The position numbers were made by a program, and so were the translations under genes. From a virus (taxonomy: Duplodnaviria > Caudoviricetes): a DNA stretch of 64,000 nt. Location of the stretch: IMG/VR virus record IMGVR_UViG_3300049198_000021, positions 96,001 through 160,000 of that record; one strand, given 5' to 3'. This document shows positions 7,836 to 18,600 of this stretch, piece after piece (positions within the stretch are counted from its first letter, which is position 1; each line of letters begins with the position of its first letter). The notes beneath the pieces are model-generated. The model made no database searches, was not told the DNA's origin, and was given only the letters and a program-made list of their open reading frames with translations.

Positions 7836-8624
7836 ATGCCCATTATCAATTTCAATACCCTCGAAGAAGTTCCGGCGGAACTCCGCGAGTATGCCAAGGC
7901 CGACGAAGAGTCCGGTAAGTTCGGCGTCAACGTCGTCCCCAACCAGAAGCTCGTCGAGTTTCGTGAAAAGAATATCGACCTGAGCAAGCGGCTCGAAGCG
8001 GTCACTCCGACCCTCGCCCGAGTTCAGGAAATCGCCGGCGAAGACCTCGATGCCTTCGTCAACGACCTCAACGGTCTCCGTGACATCGCCCAGCGCGTGA
8101 AGGACGGGGAACTCAAGACTGACGACCAGATCGAATCTGCGGTTCAGGATCGCATCAAGGTTCTCCGGGACGGCTACGACGAAAACTCGAAGGCGCTCCG
8201 CAAGGAACTGACCGAATACCAACAGAAGGCCCAGACGCTCACCGAGCGACTGAACCGCACTGTTATCGACAAGGAAGTCACTGCGGCCGTCATCGTGCCG
8301 GAAAGCGGCGTCCAGCCTCAGGCTCTGCCGGACATTCTCCAGCGTGCCTACGGTCTTTTCAAGATCGAGGATGGGCAACTGGTTCCGAAGCGCGGCGAAA
8401 GCGTGATTTACGGCAGCGACGGCGCGAGCCCGATGAGCGTTTCCGAATGGCTCATCAAGCTCCGCGACGAAGCGCCCCACTACTTCAAGGGCAACAATGG
8501 CGGCGGTGCTGCTGGTGGTAAGGAAGAGAAGATTGGCGGCATGACCGCTGCTCAGATCGCCCAGCTTTCGCCCATGCAACGCCTTGAACTGGCGAACAAG
8601 ACCGGCGGCAAAAACGGCCGTTAA
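7836..8624 (+). CDS. Capsid scaffolding protein
   Basis: Coiled-coil; C-terminal APHYFK..GGGA motif; immediately upstream of MCP. Confidence 0.75.
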   Translation: MPIINFNTLEEVPAELREYAKADEESGKFGVNVVPNQKLVEFREKNIDLSKRLEAVTPTLARVQEIAGEDLDAFVNDLNGLRDIAQRVKDGELKTDDQIESAVQDRIKVLRDGYDENSKALRKELTEYQQKAQTLTERLNRTVIDKEVTAAVIVPESGVQPQALPDILQRAYGLFKIEDGQLVPKRGESVIYGSDGASPMSVSEWLIKLRDEAPHYFKGNNGGGAAGGKEEKIGGMTAAQIAQLSPMQRLELANKTGGKNGR

Positions 8625-8750
8625 GGTTAACGACTTCGGTCGGTCGTCAGTTCCCAAGAGATCACCCCGGCTTTGGTAGCCTGTCGGGGTTAGTCAATCA
8701 ACCCCTCAGGCTACCGACGACCAACCACCACTCTCTAGGAGTTTTTCAAT

Positions 8751-9677
8751 ATGCTCACTCTGCACGAGGCATCCAAGCTCGTCGATGGTGATCTCAAGCG
8801 TCAGGCGATCATCGAGATGTTCGCTGGCTCGACCGATCTCATGGCCGCTCTGCCCCTCATGGACATTCCGGGTAACTCGTATAGCTACGCTCAGGAAGCG
8901 AAGCTGCCGAGCGTCGGGTTCCGTGGTTACAACCAAGGCTATGACGCGTCGATCGGCGTGATCAACCCGCAGTCCGAAACCCTCCGCATCGCCGGTGGTG
9001 AACTGGATGTCGATACCGCGCTCGTCAAGACGCACGGCATCGGTGTTCGCACCCGTCAGGAAGCGATGCAGGTCAAGGCAATGGGTGCCAAGATCACCGC
9101 AGCCTTCATCAACGGCGACTCCAGCGATGGCGTTTCGTTCGATGGTCTGCGTGCCCGCGTCAATGGCTACCAGCTTCTGGCTGCCGACGAAGACAGCCCG
9201 GCTGCAAACGGCCCGCTGAGCCTCGCAACGCTCGACGAAGCGATCGACCGTGTGGACAATCCGACCCACATCATCATGTCCAAGCGTATGCGCAACCTGC
9301 TCTCGCAGGCCGCAAAGGACAAGGATGTCGGCGGTGACCTCCAGTGGTCGAAGGACGACTTCGGCCGTCGCGTTGGCTTCTACAACGACTTGCCGATCCT
9401 CATCACTGAGGACGACGACAAGGGCGAGAAGATCATCGACTTCAACGAAGCCGGCCCGGCCGGCGGCGCGGTCAGCCAGTCCGTCTATGTCGTGAGCATG
9501 GGCGACGGCAAGATCGTCGGCCTCCAGAACGGCATCATGGATGTCCGCGATCTGGGCGAAATCGACGCAATGCCGGTTTACCGCACCCGCGTCGAGTGGC
9601 TGATTGCCATGGCCGTCATGCACGGCAAGGCAGTGGCCCGCATCTGGGGCATCACCAACGCGGCGATCGTTCGCTAA
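8751..9677 (+). CDS. Major capsid protein
   Basis: 308 aa; LP.VGFRGYN.GY, GGELDVD, FINGD...FDGL, YRTRVEW motifs; strong RBS; biased codons. Confidence 0.85.
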   Translation: MLTLHEASKLVDGDLKRQAIIEMFAGSTDLMAALPLMDIPGNSYSYAQEAKLPSVGFRGYNQGYDASIGVINPQSETLRIAGGELDVDTALVKTHGIGVRTRQEAMQVKAMGAKITAAFINGDSSDGVSFDGLRARVNGYQLLAADEDSPAANGPLSLATLDEAIDRVDNPTHIIMSKRMRNLLSQAAKDKDVGGDLQWSKDDFGRRVGFYNDLPILITEDDDKGEKIIDFNEAGPAGGAVSQSVYVVSMGDGKIVGLQNGIMDVRDLGEIDAMPVYRTRVEWLIAMAVMHGKAVARIWGITNAAIVR

Positions 9678-9751
9678 GTTGGTGAGGTGGGGGAGGTTTC
9701 GACCTCCCCACTGACCCTCCTCCACCAAACCTTCCTCAGGAGTCCATTACC

Positions 9752-10195
9752 ATGGCAAAGCTCAAGTCCAACTTCAAGTATATGCTCGACGCTGCACCGT
9801 CGATCACTTTCCGCGACGGCTCGGCCGCTGCCCTCACGGCAGACGCCAACACCGCTGCGATCGTTCTCGATACCCTCGACGGCTACTGGAACACCAACAA
9901 CGAACTGGCTGACAGCACGTTCGCTGTCGTGATCAACGTCAACCAACTCGACGAGACCACTGGCGACGAAACCTACGTCCTCAACCTCGTCGCCGGCCCG
10001 GTTGGCTTCGCCACCTCGACCGTCGTTGGCACCGTGACCGTCCGCGAAACCGGCCAGCACGTCATCCTCGTTGATGTCGATACCGTCCGCAAGTCGGTGG
10101 CGAATGCCGAAGCCCTCCGCATCGCGGTGGATGTGACTGGCACCACGCCGATCATCGATTTCACTGCCTTCATCGGCGGCGCGATCATCCGCTAA
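9752..10195 (+). CDS. Capsid decoration / minor capsid protein
   Basis: 147 aa beta-rich protein after MCP; strong RBS. Confidence 0.6.
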   Translation: MAKLKSNFKYMLDAAPSITFRDGSAAALTADANTAAIVLDTLDGYWNTNNELADSTFAVVINVNQLDETTGDETYVLNLVAGPVGFATSTVVGTVTVRETGQHVILVDVDTVRKSVANAEALRIAVDVTGTTPIIDFTAFIGGAIIR

Positions 10196-10201
10196 GTCTT
10201 A

Positions 10202-10227
10202 GAGGGCCGGGTAACACCGGCCCTTTT
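10202..10227 (+). terminator. Rho-independent terminator
   Basis: AGGGCCGG-gtaaca-CCGGCCCT-TTT. Confidence 0.65.
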
Positions 10228-10255
10228 CGGCCCGACCCAGACTTAGGAGTCAATC

Positions 10256-10738
10256 ATGAGCAACCCCAACGTCGTTACGGTTTACAGCCCCGAAGGTGAG
10301 CCGTTCGAAATGAGCCGCGTGAATGCGCGTGACCTTTGCAGCCATCGTGGCTGGTCAATGTCCCCGCTGACCGTTCCCCCGCTCAAGGCTGAGAAGCCGA
10401 CCGAAATCAAGACCGAAACGCCGGTCGCAACCAAGGAAGAAACCCATGCCGAAGATGACCGCGAAGGAAGCGGGAAAACTGACGCCACCGGGGAAACCGA
10501 AGATGGCGAAGGCGAAGGGTCAGAAGGCAGCCCCGGCGGCGAAGCCTCGGAGCCGGAACAAGAAGATGTATTGACCGATACGGCCATCTTCACGACCGAA
10601 GAGCAGTTCGCTGAACTGACCGACCGTGAAGACGTGGTGGCCTATCTGGCAAAGCACTTCCCCGATTTCCGCCCGCACCACAAAGCAGGCCGTGACGGTC
10701 TCGTCGCCAAGGCAATCGAACTCGCAACCAGCGAGTAA
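10256..10738 (+). CDS. Hypothetical protein with acidic linker
   Basis: AGGAG RBS; 160 aa within the head-neck region. Confidence 0.7.
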   Translation: MSNPNVVTVYSPEGEPFEMSRVNARDLCSHRGWSMSPLTVPPLKAEKPTEIKTETPVATKEETHAEDDREGSGKTDATGETEDGEGEGSEGSPGGEASEPEQEDVLTDTAIFTTEEQFAELTDREDVVAYLAKHFPDFRPHHKAGRDGLVAKAIELATSE

Positions 10739-10769
10739 TCAACCCAACAAATACCGCTTCGGCGGCTCC

Positions 10770-10807
10770 GCGCTCGGCACAGGCAAGTCGCCTTGCCGGG
10801 CGCTTTT
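10770..10807 (+). terminator. Rho-independent terminator
   Basis: GCGCTCGGCA...TGCCGGGCGC-TTTT. Confidence 0.5.
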
Positions 10808-10823
10808 CATTTGAGGAATCCAC

Positions 10824-11333
10824 ATGGCACTCGTAGTTGAAGATGGCACCGGTGTGGTCACCGCAAATGCTTATGCCTCTGTCGAAGAGGTGGATGAAAT
10901 TCTGGCTGTCAACATCCACTCGCAGTGGAGCCTAATCGTTGACGTGGAGACCAAGGAAAAGCTGATCCAGTGGTCCAGCCGCATCCTTGACGAACGCGTC
11001 AAATGGTTTGGGAAAAAGACACACGCAACCAGCGGCCGGGCTTGGCCCCGCCGGATGGTCAAAGACCGTGAAGGCATCCTGATCGAGGACAACGTTGTGC
11101 CGCTGGCTGTCAAGGTTGCCACGGCTGAGCTTGCCGATCACCTTCTGTCCGGCGACCCTGAGACCGCCAACACAGGATCGAACATCACAGCCCTGCAAGT
11201 CGATGTCGTCATGATCAAGTTCGACGCTCGTCTCGATGCTGAGCGGTTCCCGCCCAACCTTTCGAAAATCCTCTACGGCCTCGGCTTCATGTCGTTCGGC
11301 CGGGGCGGTCCCAAGAAGATCATCAAGCACTAA
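10824..11333 (+). CDS. Head-tail adaptor (DnaT-like family)
   Basis: MALVVEDGTG...ANAYASV, WPR, VP.AVK.ATAELA motifs. Confidence 0.8.
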   Translation: MALVVEDGTGVVTANAYASVEEVDEILAVNIHSQWSLIVDVETKEKLIQWSSRILDERVKWFGKKTHATSGRAWPRRMVKDREGILIEDNVVPLAVKVATAELADHLLSGDPETANTGSNITALQVDVVMIKFDARLDAERFPPNLSKILYGLGFMSFGRGGPKKIIKH

Positions 11334-11336
11334 GCC

Positions 11337-11720
11337 ATGGCACTGAACGACATCATCAAGCAACAGGTGACCAATGCGTTCACCAATATCCTAGCACCGG
11401 GTGGACTCACTGAGTCCATCACGATGAAGTATTTCGTGGCTGATGGTGTGTTCGACGTTGAAGAAGATACGGCAGAGCCGCAGTTCAACGACGTTCCCGG
11501 CGTCATCGCCCTTGTCGCCAAGCCGACATTCGACGACGTGAAAAACCACAAGGTCATCATGGCTGATATTAAGCTGGTGATCGCCGGTCCACTACTACCA
11601 GCGGAGCCGCAAGCAGACACCGACAAGGTGATCCGTGCGAACGGTGAGGAATGGGATGTCCGTAAGGTCGTCGGCGTTCCGGGCGGATCGGTGTGGCTGG
11701 TCTTCATCTATCGGACCTAA
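11337..11720 (+). CDS. Head closure/stopper protein
   Basis: Size, synteny, P...D.V...G.EW.V motif. Confidence 0.65.
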   Translation: MALNDIIKQQVTNAFTNILAPGGLTESITMKYFVADGVFDVEEDTAEPQFNDVPGVIALVAKPTFDDVKNHKVIMADIKLVIAGPLLPAEPQADTDKVIRANGEEWDVRKVVGVPGGSVWLVFIYRT

Positions 11721-11721
11721 G

Positions 11722-12216
11722 ATGGCCGGCGCACGTCTCGAAGGACGCCAGCAGGCCCACGCAGCCGCGCTGTCATCGATCGAAGCACTGGAACGGAAGT
11801 TCGCTCAGAACATCCAAAATCTGGTGGAAGAGATCGATCACCACATCAAGGCACTGACTCCGGTCAACACCGGTCAGGCAGTTCGCAACTATATCTGGTC
11901 GGTCAACGCACCAAACCCGGTGGTCCACCAAGCGATCAACAACGGGGAAACCGGACGGACCAACCAGATGGCGTTGGGCACTGAACCTCGGCGTGGTGTT
12001 AACGAAGCGGCTGCCGCTGACAGCATGACCACTTTAGGGCTGATGAACAACCCATTCGGGGTGATCTACCTGACCAACAATTCCCCCGACATTGTGGGAC
12101 TTGAAATGGGCATCTTGCCGGGCCCGCCTTTCAAATCACGTTCTCCTCGCGGCATGTTTGGCGTCACGGAAGCCTACTTCAACGCGCTGGTCAAAGCACA
12201 AGGAATACTCAGGTGA
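11722..12216 (+). CDS. Tail completion/neck protein (HK97 gp10-like)
   Basis: TPVNTG...N, IYLTNN, LE.G, S..PRGM motifs. Confidence 0.7.
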   Translation: MAGARLEGRQQAHAAALSSIEALERKFAQNIQNLVEEIDHHIKALTPVNTGQAVRNYIWSVNAPNPVVHQAINNGETGRTNQMALGTEPRRGVNEAAAADSMTTLGLMNNPFGVIYLTNNSPDIVGLEMGILPGPPFKSRSPRGMFGVTEAYFNALVKAQGILR

Positions 12217-12653
12217 GTAAAGAAGCAGAGCGGGTCTATCTGACCAACAAGATGAAGGCTCGGGCCGACGAACTGGGATTCCCTATTTCCTATCCCAACC
12301 ACCAGTTCAACATCCCGGTCAATGAGACATATGGTGAGTTTCACATCATGTCCGGCCCCAAGCCCATCATCGTAGGCGGCGAGGGAAGCGGCCGGGTTCG
12401 GGTGCGCTACGTTGGTATGGTTCAACTGACCGTCTACGTCCCCAAGGATAAGGGAACCAAGAAAGCCGCACTTGCTCAGGATGTGTTCAAGGAAATCTTC
12501 CAGTTTAAGCTCGGGCGAGATGCTGAACAATCGAGCTACAAATTCGGTGTCCTCCAAGATTACAACCCTGAGACTACATCCGGATGGGAGTGTTATGTGG
12601 TTCGAGTGAGTTTCCACAGAGATTCAATCGAGACGGTCCAGATTAGCGAATAA
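12213..12653 (+). CDS. Tail terminator protein
   Basis: I.YPN..F, G.VQLTVYVPK.KG motif; synteny before the tail tube. Confidence 0.7.
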   Translation: MSKEAERVYLTNKMKARADELGFPISYPNHQFNIPVNETYGEFHIMSGPKPIIVGGEGSGRVRVRYVGMVQLTVYVPKDKGTKKAALAQDVFKEIFQFKLGRDAEQSSYKFGVLQDYNPETTSGWECYVVRVSFHRDSIETVQISE

Positions 12654-12682
12654 TTTAGGCAACACCGACATTATGACTGTGT

Positions 12683-12726
12683 GAGCGACATTCTCGCTTG
12701 ACACGTTAACCATTTTCGTTTACCAT
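12683..12726 (+). promoter_or_regulatory. Promoter of the tail operon with conserved box
   Basis: GAGCGACATTCT-cgc-TTGACA-17nt-TACCAT; a second box CACCGACATTAT at 12663. Confidence 0.7.
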
Positions 12727-12806
12727 TGGCGTCTTAATTCCGCCCCTTTGGATGGGGCTGCGTTTAGACGCATCACTCCACCATAACTGAGAAGGGCAAT
12801 TCCAAA

Positions 12807-14600
12807 ATGGCAAACAAGCTGCTCGCCGATAGCAACCGCGCATCGCTCCGCGAGATCATCGAATCCAACGTTGCTTGGGGCGAGACCCCGACTGCCGGCG
12901 TCACCCGCGCCCGTCGTTTCCGCACGTCCTCGATCACAGCCACCAAGGAGACCGTTGAGTCGGAAGAAATCCGCGACGACCGCATGATCTCCTCGGTCAT
13001 CGAAACCGCCGCTATGTCCGGCGGCGAGATCGCTTGGGAGTTCGCAGCCGGCACGGTTGACCTCGACTTGCAGCGCGCCCTCATGGGTGCGTGGTCGCGC
13101 CCGATGGATTGGGACGTCTTCCGTGGTAAGACCGTTTCGGTTACCGCCAACAACAACGTCCGCATCAGCGGCACCGATGTTTCGTCCTACTTCACCGTCG
13201 GTCGCCGCATCCGCCTGAATGGCTTTGTCAACCCGGCAAACAACAACTACCTCCAGATCAGCGCTGTCGCTTTCGCTGGTGGTAACACCGACATCACGGT
13301 TGCTGGCACCACGCTGGTGGCCGAAGCCGGCACGGCTGTTACCAGTGTGGCTGACGCAAACGACGTTATCGTTCTGCGCTCGACTGGCATCCGCTTTGGT
13401 AACAGCGCCAACACCATCGACGGCAACGGCTCGAACCCGTTCGCTGCGGCTATCGCAGCGGGTCAGTTGAAGTCGGGTCAGCGCATCTTCGTCGAAGGTA
13501 TCGGTTACGAGACCGGCACGATCACGGCTGATACTGTGCTTGCTGGCGATAGCGTCACCCTGACCGATGGTGTGGACACCGTGACCCTCGAAGCCGACCT
13601 CGACTTCGATGTCGGTGTCGATGACACCGCGACTGCGGCTAACCTCGCAGCAGCAATCAATGCTCTCCGCCCGACCGGTGCCCTCGCTGTTTCGGCGACC
13701 TCGGCTCTGGGTGTTGTGACCGTGACCAACCTCCGCAAGGATGGTGGTGTCCTGACCGAAGTCGATGCGACCCTCGCGGTTGTGGACTTTGCTGGTGGCT
13801 CGACCACAGCAGGTGGTTTCTACACCGTCGTGTCTCTGACCGATGACGCGATCGTCGTGGACCGTGCTGTGCCTGTTGTGGCTGCCGGCCGCCCGATCAC
13901 CATCAAGGGCTCGATGCTCCGCAATCCGGGCAGCAGCGCTGAAATCACCCCACAGTCGGCAACCATCGAAACCGGCTTCCAAGACGTGAGTCAGTATTTC
14001 ACCGTTGACGGCCTCCGTTGCGGCGGCGTCGAAATGGAAGTCGCGGCCGGCTCAATCGTCACCGGTCAGTCCACCTACATGGGCCGTGAAACCAAGCGTG
14101 CCTCGGTCGAGAAGCTTGCAGGCGCGAGCTACACGGTTCTGGAATCGCCCGCAACCGAAGTCGTCTCGGCGACTGCCAACGTTGGCTCGCTCAGCGTCAA
14201 TGGCATCGAACAGGCAACCGCGATCTCGTCGATCCAGTTCTCGATCGAAGGCAACCTGCGTAACCAGCAGGCGGTCGGGTCGAAGTTCCCGGTCGGTATC
14301 GCTGCTGGTCGTCTCAACCTGACCGGCACGATCGAAGCCTACTTCGCCGACGGCGAAATGTATGACCGCTTCATCAACCACGAAACGGTCAGCCTCGCCT
14401 TCCCGATCATCGATCAGGACAAGAACACCTACTACTTCACCATCCCGGCATTCAAGGTCACCAGCGATCCGATCGCACCGGGCGGCCTCGATCAGGATGT
14501 CATGGAGTCGTTGGAGTTCAGCGCCTTCCGCGACGCGGCAACCGCCTGCATGGTGCAGATCGACCGCTTCTCGTCCACTGCTCCGATTACTGCACTGTAA
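12807..14600 (+). CDS. Major tail tube protein with inserted domains
   Basis: WGETP, ESEEIRDDR, GRLNLTGTIEAYF, YYFTIP tube motifs; 597 aa. Confidence 0.82.
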   Translation: MANKLLADSNRASLREIIESNVAWGETPTAGVTRARRFRTSSITATKETVESEEIRDDRMISSVIETAAMSGGEIAWEFAAGTVDLDLQRALMGAWSRPMDWDVFRGKTVSVTANNNVRISGTDVSSYFTVGRRIRLNGFVNPANNNYLQISAVAFAGGNTDITVAGTTLVAEAGTAVTSVADANDVIVLRSTGIRFGNSANTIDGNGSNPFAAAIAAGQLKSGQRIFVEGIGYETGTITADTVLAGDSVTLTDGVDTVTLEADLDFDVGVDDTATAANLAAAINALRPTGALAVSATSALGVVTVTNLRKDGGVLTEVDATLAVVDFAGGSTTAGGFYTVVSLTDDAIVVDRAVPVVAAGRPITIKGSMLRNPGSSAEITPQSATIETGFQDVSQYFTVDGLRCGGVEMEVAAGSIVTGQSTYMGRETKRASVEKLAGASYTVLESPATEVVSATANVGSLSVNGIEQATAISSIQFSIEGNLRNQQAVGSKFPVGIAAGRLNLTGTIEAYFADGEMYDRFINHETVSLAFPIIDQDKNTYYFTIPAFKVTSDPIAPGGLDQDVMESLEFSAFRDAATACMVQIDRFSSTAPITAL

Positions 14601-14834
14601 TCGTGAGCCCCGGCGGGTTCCCCCGACCCGCCGGCGCGATTTGAGGCAAGGACTTCGGTCCTTGTCCTCCGCCACCCCGGTTAGCCGGTAATAGTCCCCG
14701 GACACAGCCTAGGCTCTGTTCGGACGACGGGTGGAGTATCCAGTTCCCCGACACCGATTTCGCTGGCGAAACGGGGTGCAGCCTTGTCGGGAGGCTGCAT
14801 CCCACCCTCCCGACAACCGACAAGGATTACCCCG

Positions 14835-15236
14835 ATGAACCTCTACGAAGCATTTGAAACCAACCTCGACGACACCGCCAAGGAGTTCCCGCTCTCGGAT
14901 ACGGCGTCGATCACGCTGATGCCGATCGCTGGCGACAAGTCGCGCCGGGCTTTCGAGCGTATGATGGAACCCTACAGCGTCCGTCTCAACGCAGGTGGCA
15001 AGCTCACCGACGAAGAGAACAAGGCACTGAACGTCCGCTTCTACGCCGAGAACATCGTCAAGGGCTGGAAGGGCATCAAGGATCGTGAAGGCAACGAGAT
15101 CGAGTTCAGCGCCGAAGCCGCTACCGCACTCTTCACGGATGACAAGCTGGCTTCCTTCTTCGCTCTGATCATCCGGATGGCCTCGAACGACGCTTCGTTC
15201 GAAGCCAAGAAAGCCGAAGCAGACGAGGGAAACTGA
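14835..15236 (+). CDS. Tail assembly chaperone (G)
   Basis: Between tube and TMP; IVKGWKGI motif; ends on the slippery G GGA AAC. Confidence 0.8.
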   Translation: MNLYEAFETNLDDTAKEFPLSDTASITLMPIAGDKSRRAFERMMEPYSVRLNAGGKLTDEENKALNVRFYAENIVKGWKGIKDREGNEIEFSAEAATALFTDDKLASFFALIIRMASNDASFEAKKAEADEGN

Positions 15237-15664
15237 TAGCCTACCTCAACTGGACGCAGCGTCCGACTTCTAAGAAGGCGGACTGGCTGCGCCAGATTGA
15301 GGCTGAGAAAGGCATCAAGATCAAAACCCTTGAGGACGAACCCGCCCTCTCTCCGCATCTCTACTGGATTTGGAAAGCCTTCACTGACCTCAATAGCCGG
15401 CGACCGGTTGCAGGTATGGGAGGCTTTCTACCCTTCTCCTACACAGAGATCGAAGCATACTGCCGGCTCAAAGGCATTTATTCCCTCGGCGAACGCGAGC
15501 GCTTGCTGCGTCTGCTTGAAGTCCTCGACCACGAGTGGATCAAGGCTTACGTCGAGCGTGAAGAAAAGAAGAACCCTTCTTCGAAAGGCACACCGCCACC
15601 CCCATCCCACTCGCCCCCTCGCGGCGGTGGACGAAAAGCACCCCCTCGAAAACAGGTAGCGTAG
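15227..15664 (+). CDS. Tail assembly chaperone GT extension via -1 frameshift
   Basis: GGGAAAC at 15227-15233; the -1 frame is open to 15664 (W.AF.DL..RR, P.SY.EI.AY). Confidence 0.8.
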   Translation, partial: GKLIAYLNWTQRPTSKKADWLRQIEAEKGIKIKTLEDEPALSPHLYWIWKAFTDLNSRRPVAGMGGFLPFSYTEIEAYCRLKGIYSLGERERLLRLLEVLDHEWIKAYVEREEKKNPSSKGTPPPPSHSPPRGGGRKAPPRKQVA

Positions 15665-15667
15665 CCA

Positions 15668-18600
15668 ATGGATACCCATGGCATGAAGTTTGTCGTTGAC
15701 ACGACTGGAGTCGCGAAAGGTTTTCGCGACTACAAGTCGGCTGTCGATGGCATCTTCGCTTCCCTGACTAAGTTCGAAGCCCACGTCGATAAGACGATGA
15801 AGGGGGTTGCCAAGGCTTCGTCTAACCCACAAGCACTAAACGCATTCAAGAAGGCCGTCAGCGCCTTCGCGAAGGTAGACATCGACACGTCGGCAGCCCG
15901 CAAGCTGTCGGCGCTGTCGGCTGCCATGCAGGGCTTCAAAGCCCCCTCTGCTTCCCAGACGGCAAACACCACAAAATTCTTCAAGGCTCTCTCGAATGGG
16001 ATGCCTGACCTGACGAACGCATATCGTTCGATCAAGGCGATGAACGACATCAAGGCTGCTATGGCAGGGTTCAAAGCCCCGCCGGCTTCTGCGTCCAAGA
16101 ACCTGCTTGCATTCGGACAGGCTATGGCTGCCGCCGCGCCCGGATTCTCGAAGCTCAAGAGCATTGCCGGTATCTCCGGGATCGCCAATGAATTGGCCTC
16201 GATCTCGATCGCCATGTCGCGTCTCAAAGCACCCACTGCCAGCCAAGTTTCCAACATCGGAAACTTGGCCGTTGCGTTGCGTTCTTTCCGGATGGGCAAC
16301 CTCGGAAACGGGCAAGTGCTGTTCAACGCACTGGATGCCATCTCGAAGTTCAAGGCACCTTCGGCTGCTCAAAGCAAGAACCTCCAAGCGTTTGTCACGG
16401 CTCTAGGGAACTTGAAGGTTCCGGCGAACGCTGACGCCCTCGCCGCTGCTCTCACCAAGATCGCAAACGCAGCAACCGGAGCGAGCGGCGCATTGTCGCG
16501 CCTGCGTGGTCAGGTCGGTCCTCTCGGAGGTCAGCTAGGTAATCTAGGCGGTCAAGCGCGTGGCGCTTCGCTCCAGATGATGGGCCTCCAGAACGCCTTT
16601 TCCGGCACGTTCCAAGTTGGTTCTGTGCTGCGCTCGCTGCTGGGTTCGCTCACCATCGCAGAGCTTGGTCGTAGCTACTTCGAAGCAACCAACGGGGCTC
16701 TTGCGTTCCAAGCACAGATGAGTGTCATCAGCAAGGAAGCTGGTTTCGCTAACGCTCAGCTTACCTATGTCAACGAGACTGCCAACAAGTTCGGGATCGA
16801 CTCGCTGGCGGCCGCACAAGGCTTTGCCAAGGTCTCTATCGCAGCCCACAAGTCGGGCCTGTCGGTTATGGACACGCGTCACGTCTTCGAAGGCTTCTCG
16901 ACTTCCATGGCCGTTCTGGGAACGACCACAGCAGGCCAGCAGGATGTCTGGCTCGCCCTGCAACAGGTCATGAACAAGGGCTACCTGTCGGCCGAAGAAC
17001 TCAACCAGCAGCTTAACGAAAAGCTGCCGGGTGCGATGGCTTACGCCACCGAATATGCAAACAGCCTCGGCCTGTCGCTCGAAAAGGGTTTGAAGACTAA
17101 GGCTCTGGATGCTGCCGGTGTTCTGGCTCACATCTCCAAGCGAATGAAGGAAGACTTCGGCCCGGCTGTCGAAGAAGCATTGAAGCGCCCTCAGAATCAG
17201 ATGACGATTCTGCGGAACAACTTCCGCACCTTGTTCCAAGCCATTGGTGAAGCAGGCGGCAACGAGGCATTCGCAAGCCTGCTTAGCAACATCAACGACA
17301 AGATGACTCCAGAAGCCATCCAGCGTTATGCGCAAGCCCTTGCTGTTGGGCTCAAGCGGGCTGTGGATAGCGTCTCGGCGGCGTTCAACTGGCTTTATGA
17401 AAACTGGGATTCGATCAAAGGACCGCTGGCAACTACGCTGAGCCTGATCGGCAAGTTCATGATCGTGTCCTCGGCTCTTCAAATCGGTAACTTCATCGTA
17501 GCTCCGATGATCGCAGCAGGGCGAGCAGCACTTTTCGCTGCCCCGTTGATCATGCAGTTGGTCTACGCGAGCCGGGCTCTGGCAGCTACGAACCTTGCCG
17601 CTTATTATGCTCAACTCGCCCTGATCACCAACCCTCGCGTCGTTGCTGGCGTGCAAGCACTGTCTGTTGCGATGGGGCGTCTCGGTGCAACTCGGATCGG
17701 GGCAGCCGCACTGAGCGGACTGGCCCGTGTTCCCGGATTGGCTCGTGCTGCCACCGTGGCTACCACAGGACTGGCAGCCGCTATCGGCGTCGGTCTGTCC
17801 GCCGCGTGGGGAATTGCTACCCAAGCCGCCGAGGATTCCACCGGTAAGACCATTCAGATCAACTACACTGCCGGTGAGATCATCTCGGGCATCTGGCAGA
17901 CCATGACTGAGTGGATCAGCGAGAAGTGGGACATCGCGATGACCTACGTCGATGCGGCTGCTAAGTGGCTGGGCGACCAGTTGGCGTTCAAGGTCGAAGG
18001 CATCGGCTCGATGTTCGCAAAGCTTGGCTTCGGCATTTACTATGCACTGACCAAGGCACTTGAAGGTGTCATGCGGGCCGCTATCGGCTTTGCGGCCGGT
18101 ATGTATCGCACTATCTCCAGCATTGGTGGGGCGCTTTCCGACCTCTTAGATGGTAACTTCTCAGGAGCAGCGGCGAAAGCTAAGGGCGCTGTTCTGGGTG
18201 AAGACATGATGGCCGGCTTCAAGGGTGCATTCGGTGGAATGCAGTTGGGCGGCGCTGACTTTGAGGCTCAGTATGCTAAGGTCGGGCGCGGCGCTGGTGT
18301 CGTCGCTGATTGGATGAACAGCATGGGAGCTAAGGGCCGTGGCCCAGCAGCCCCGGCTAAGCCGACTCGTGCTGAAATGGATGCTGCCCAGATCGCGGCA
18401 ATGCTGGGTCAACCACAGGCAACCGTCCCGGAAGAAGGTAAGGGCGGCGGCAGCGGCGGTAAGAAGGGTGGCGCGGCAGGCGACTTCGAACGAGACGCTA
18501 AGCGCGTTGAAGGCGCTGTTGACAGCCTCATGCAGAAGCTCCTCGAAAACGACCCGATCAAGGAGCTTAATCAGGAATATATTGAAACCCTGACGAAGCA

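Noticed and set aside
12720-17824. Long antisense ORFs (e.g. 12720-13982, 16544-17824; likewise 47430-48647, 55762-57000)
   Set aside because: Shadow frames of codon-biased high-GC genes, with no motifs or RBS
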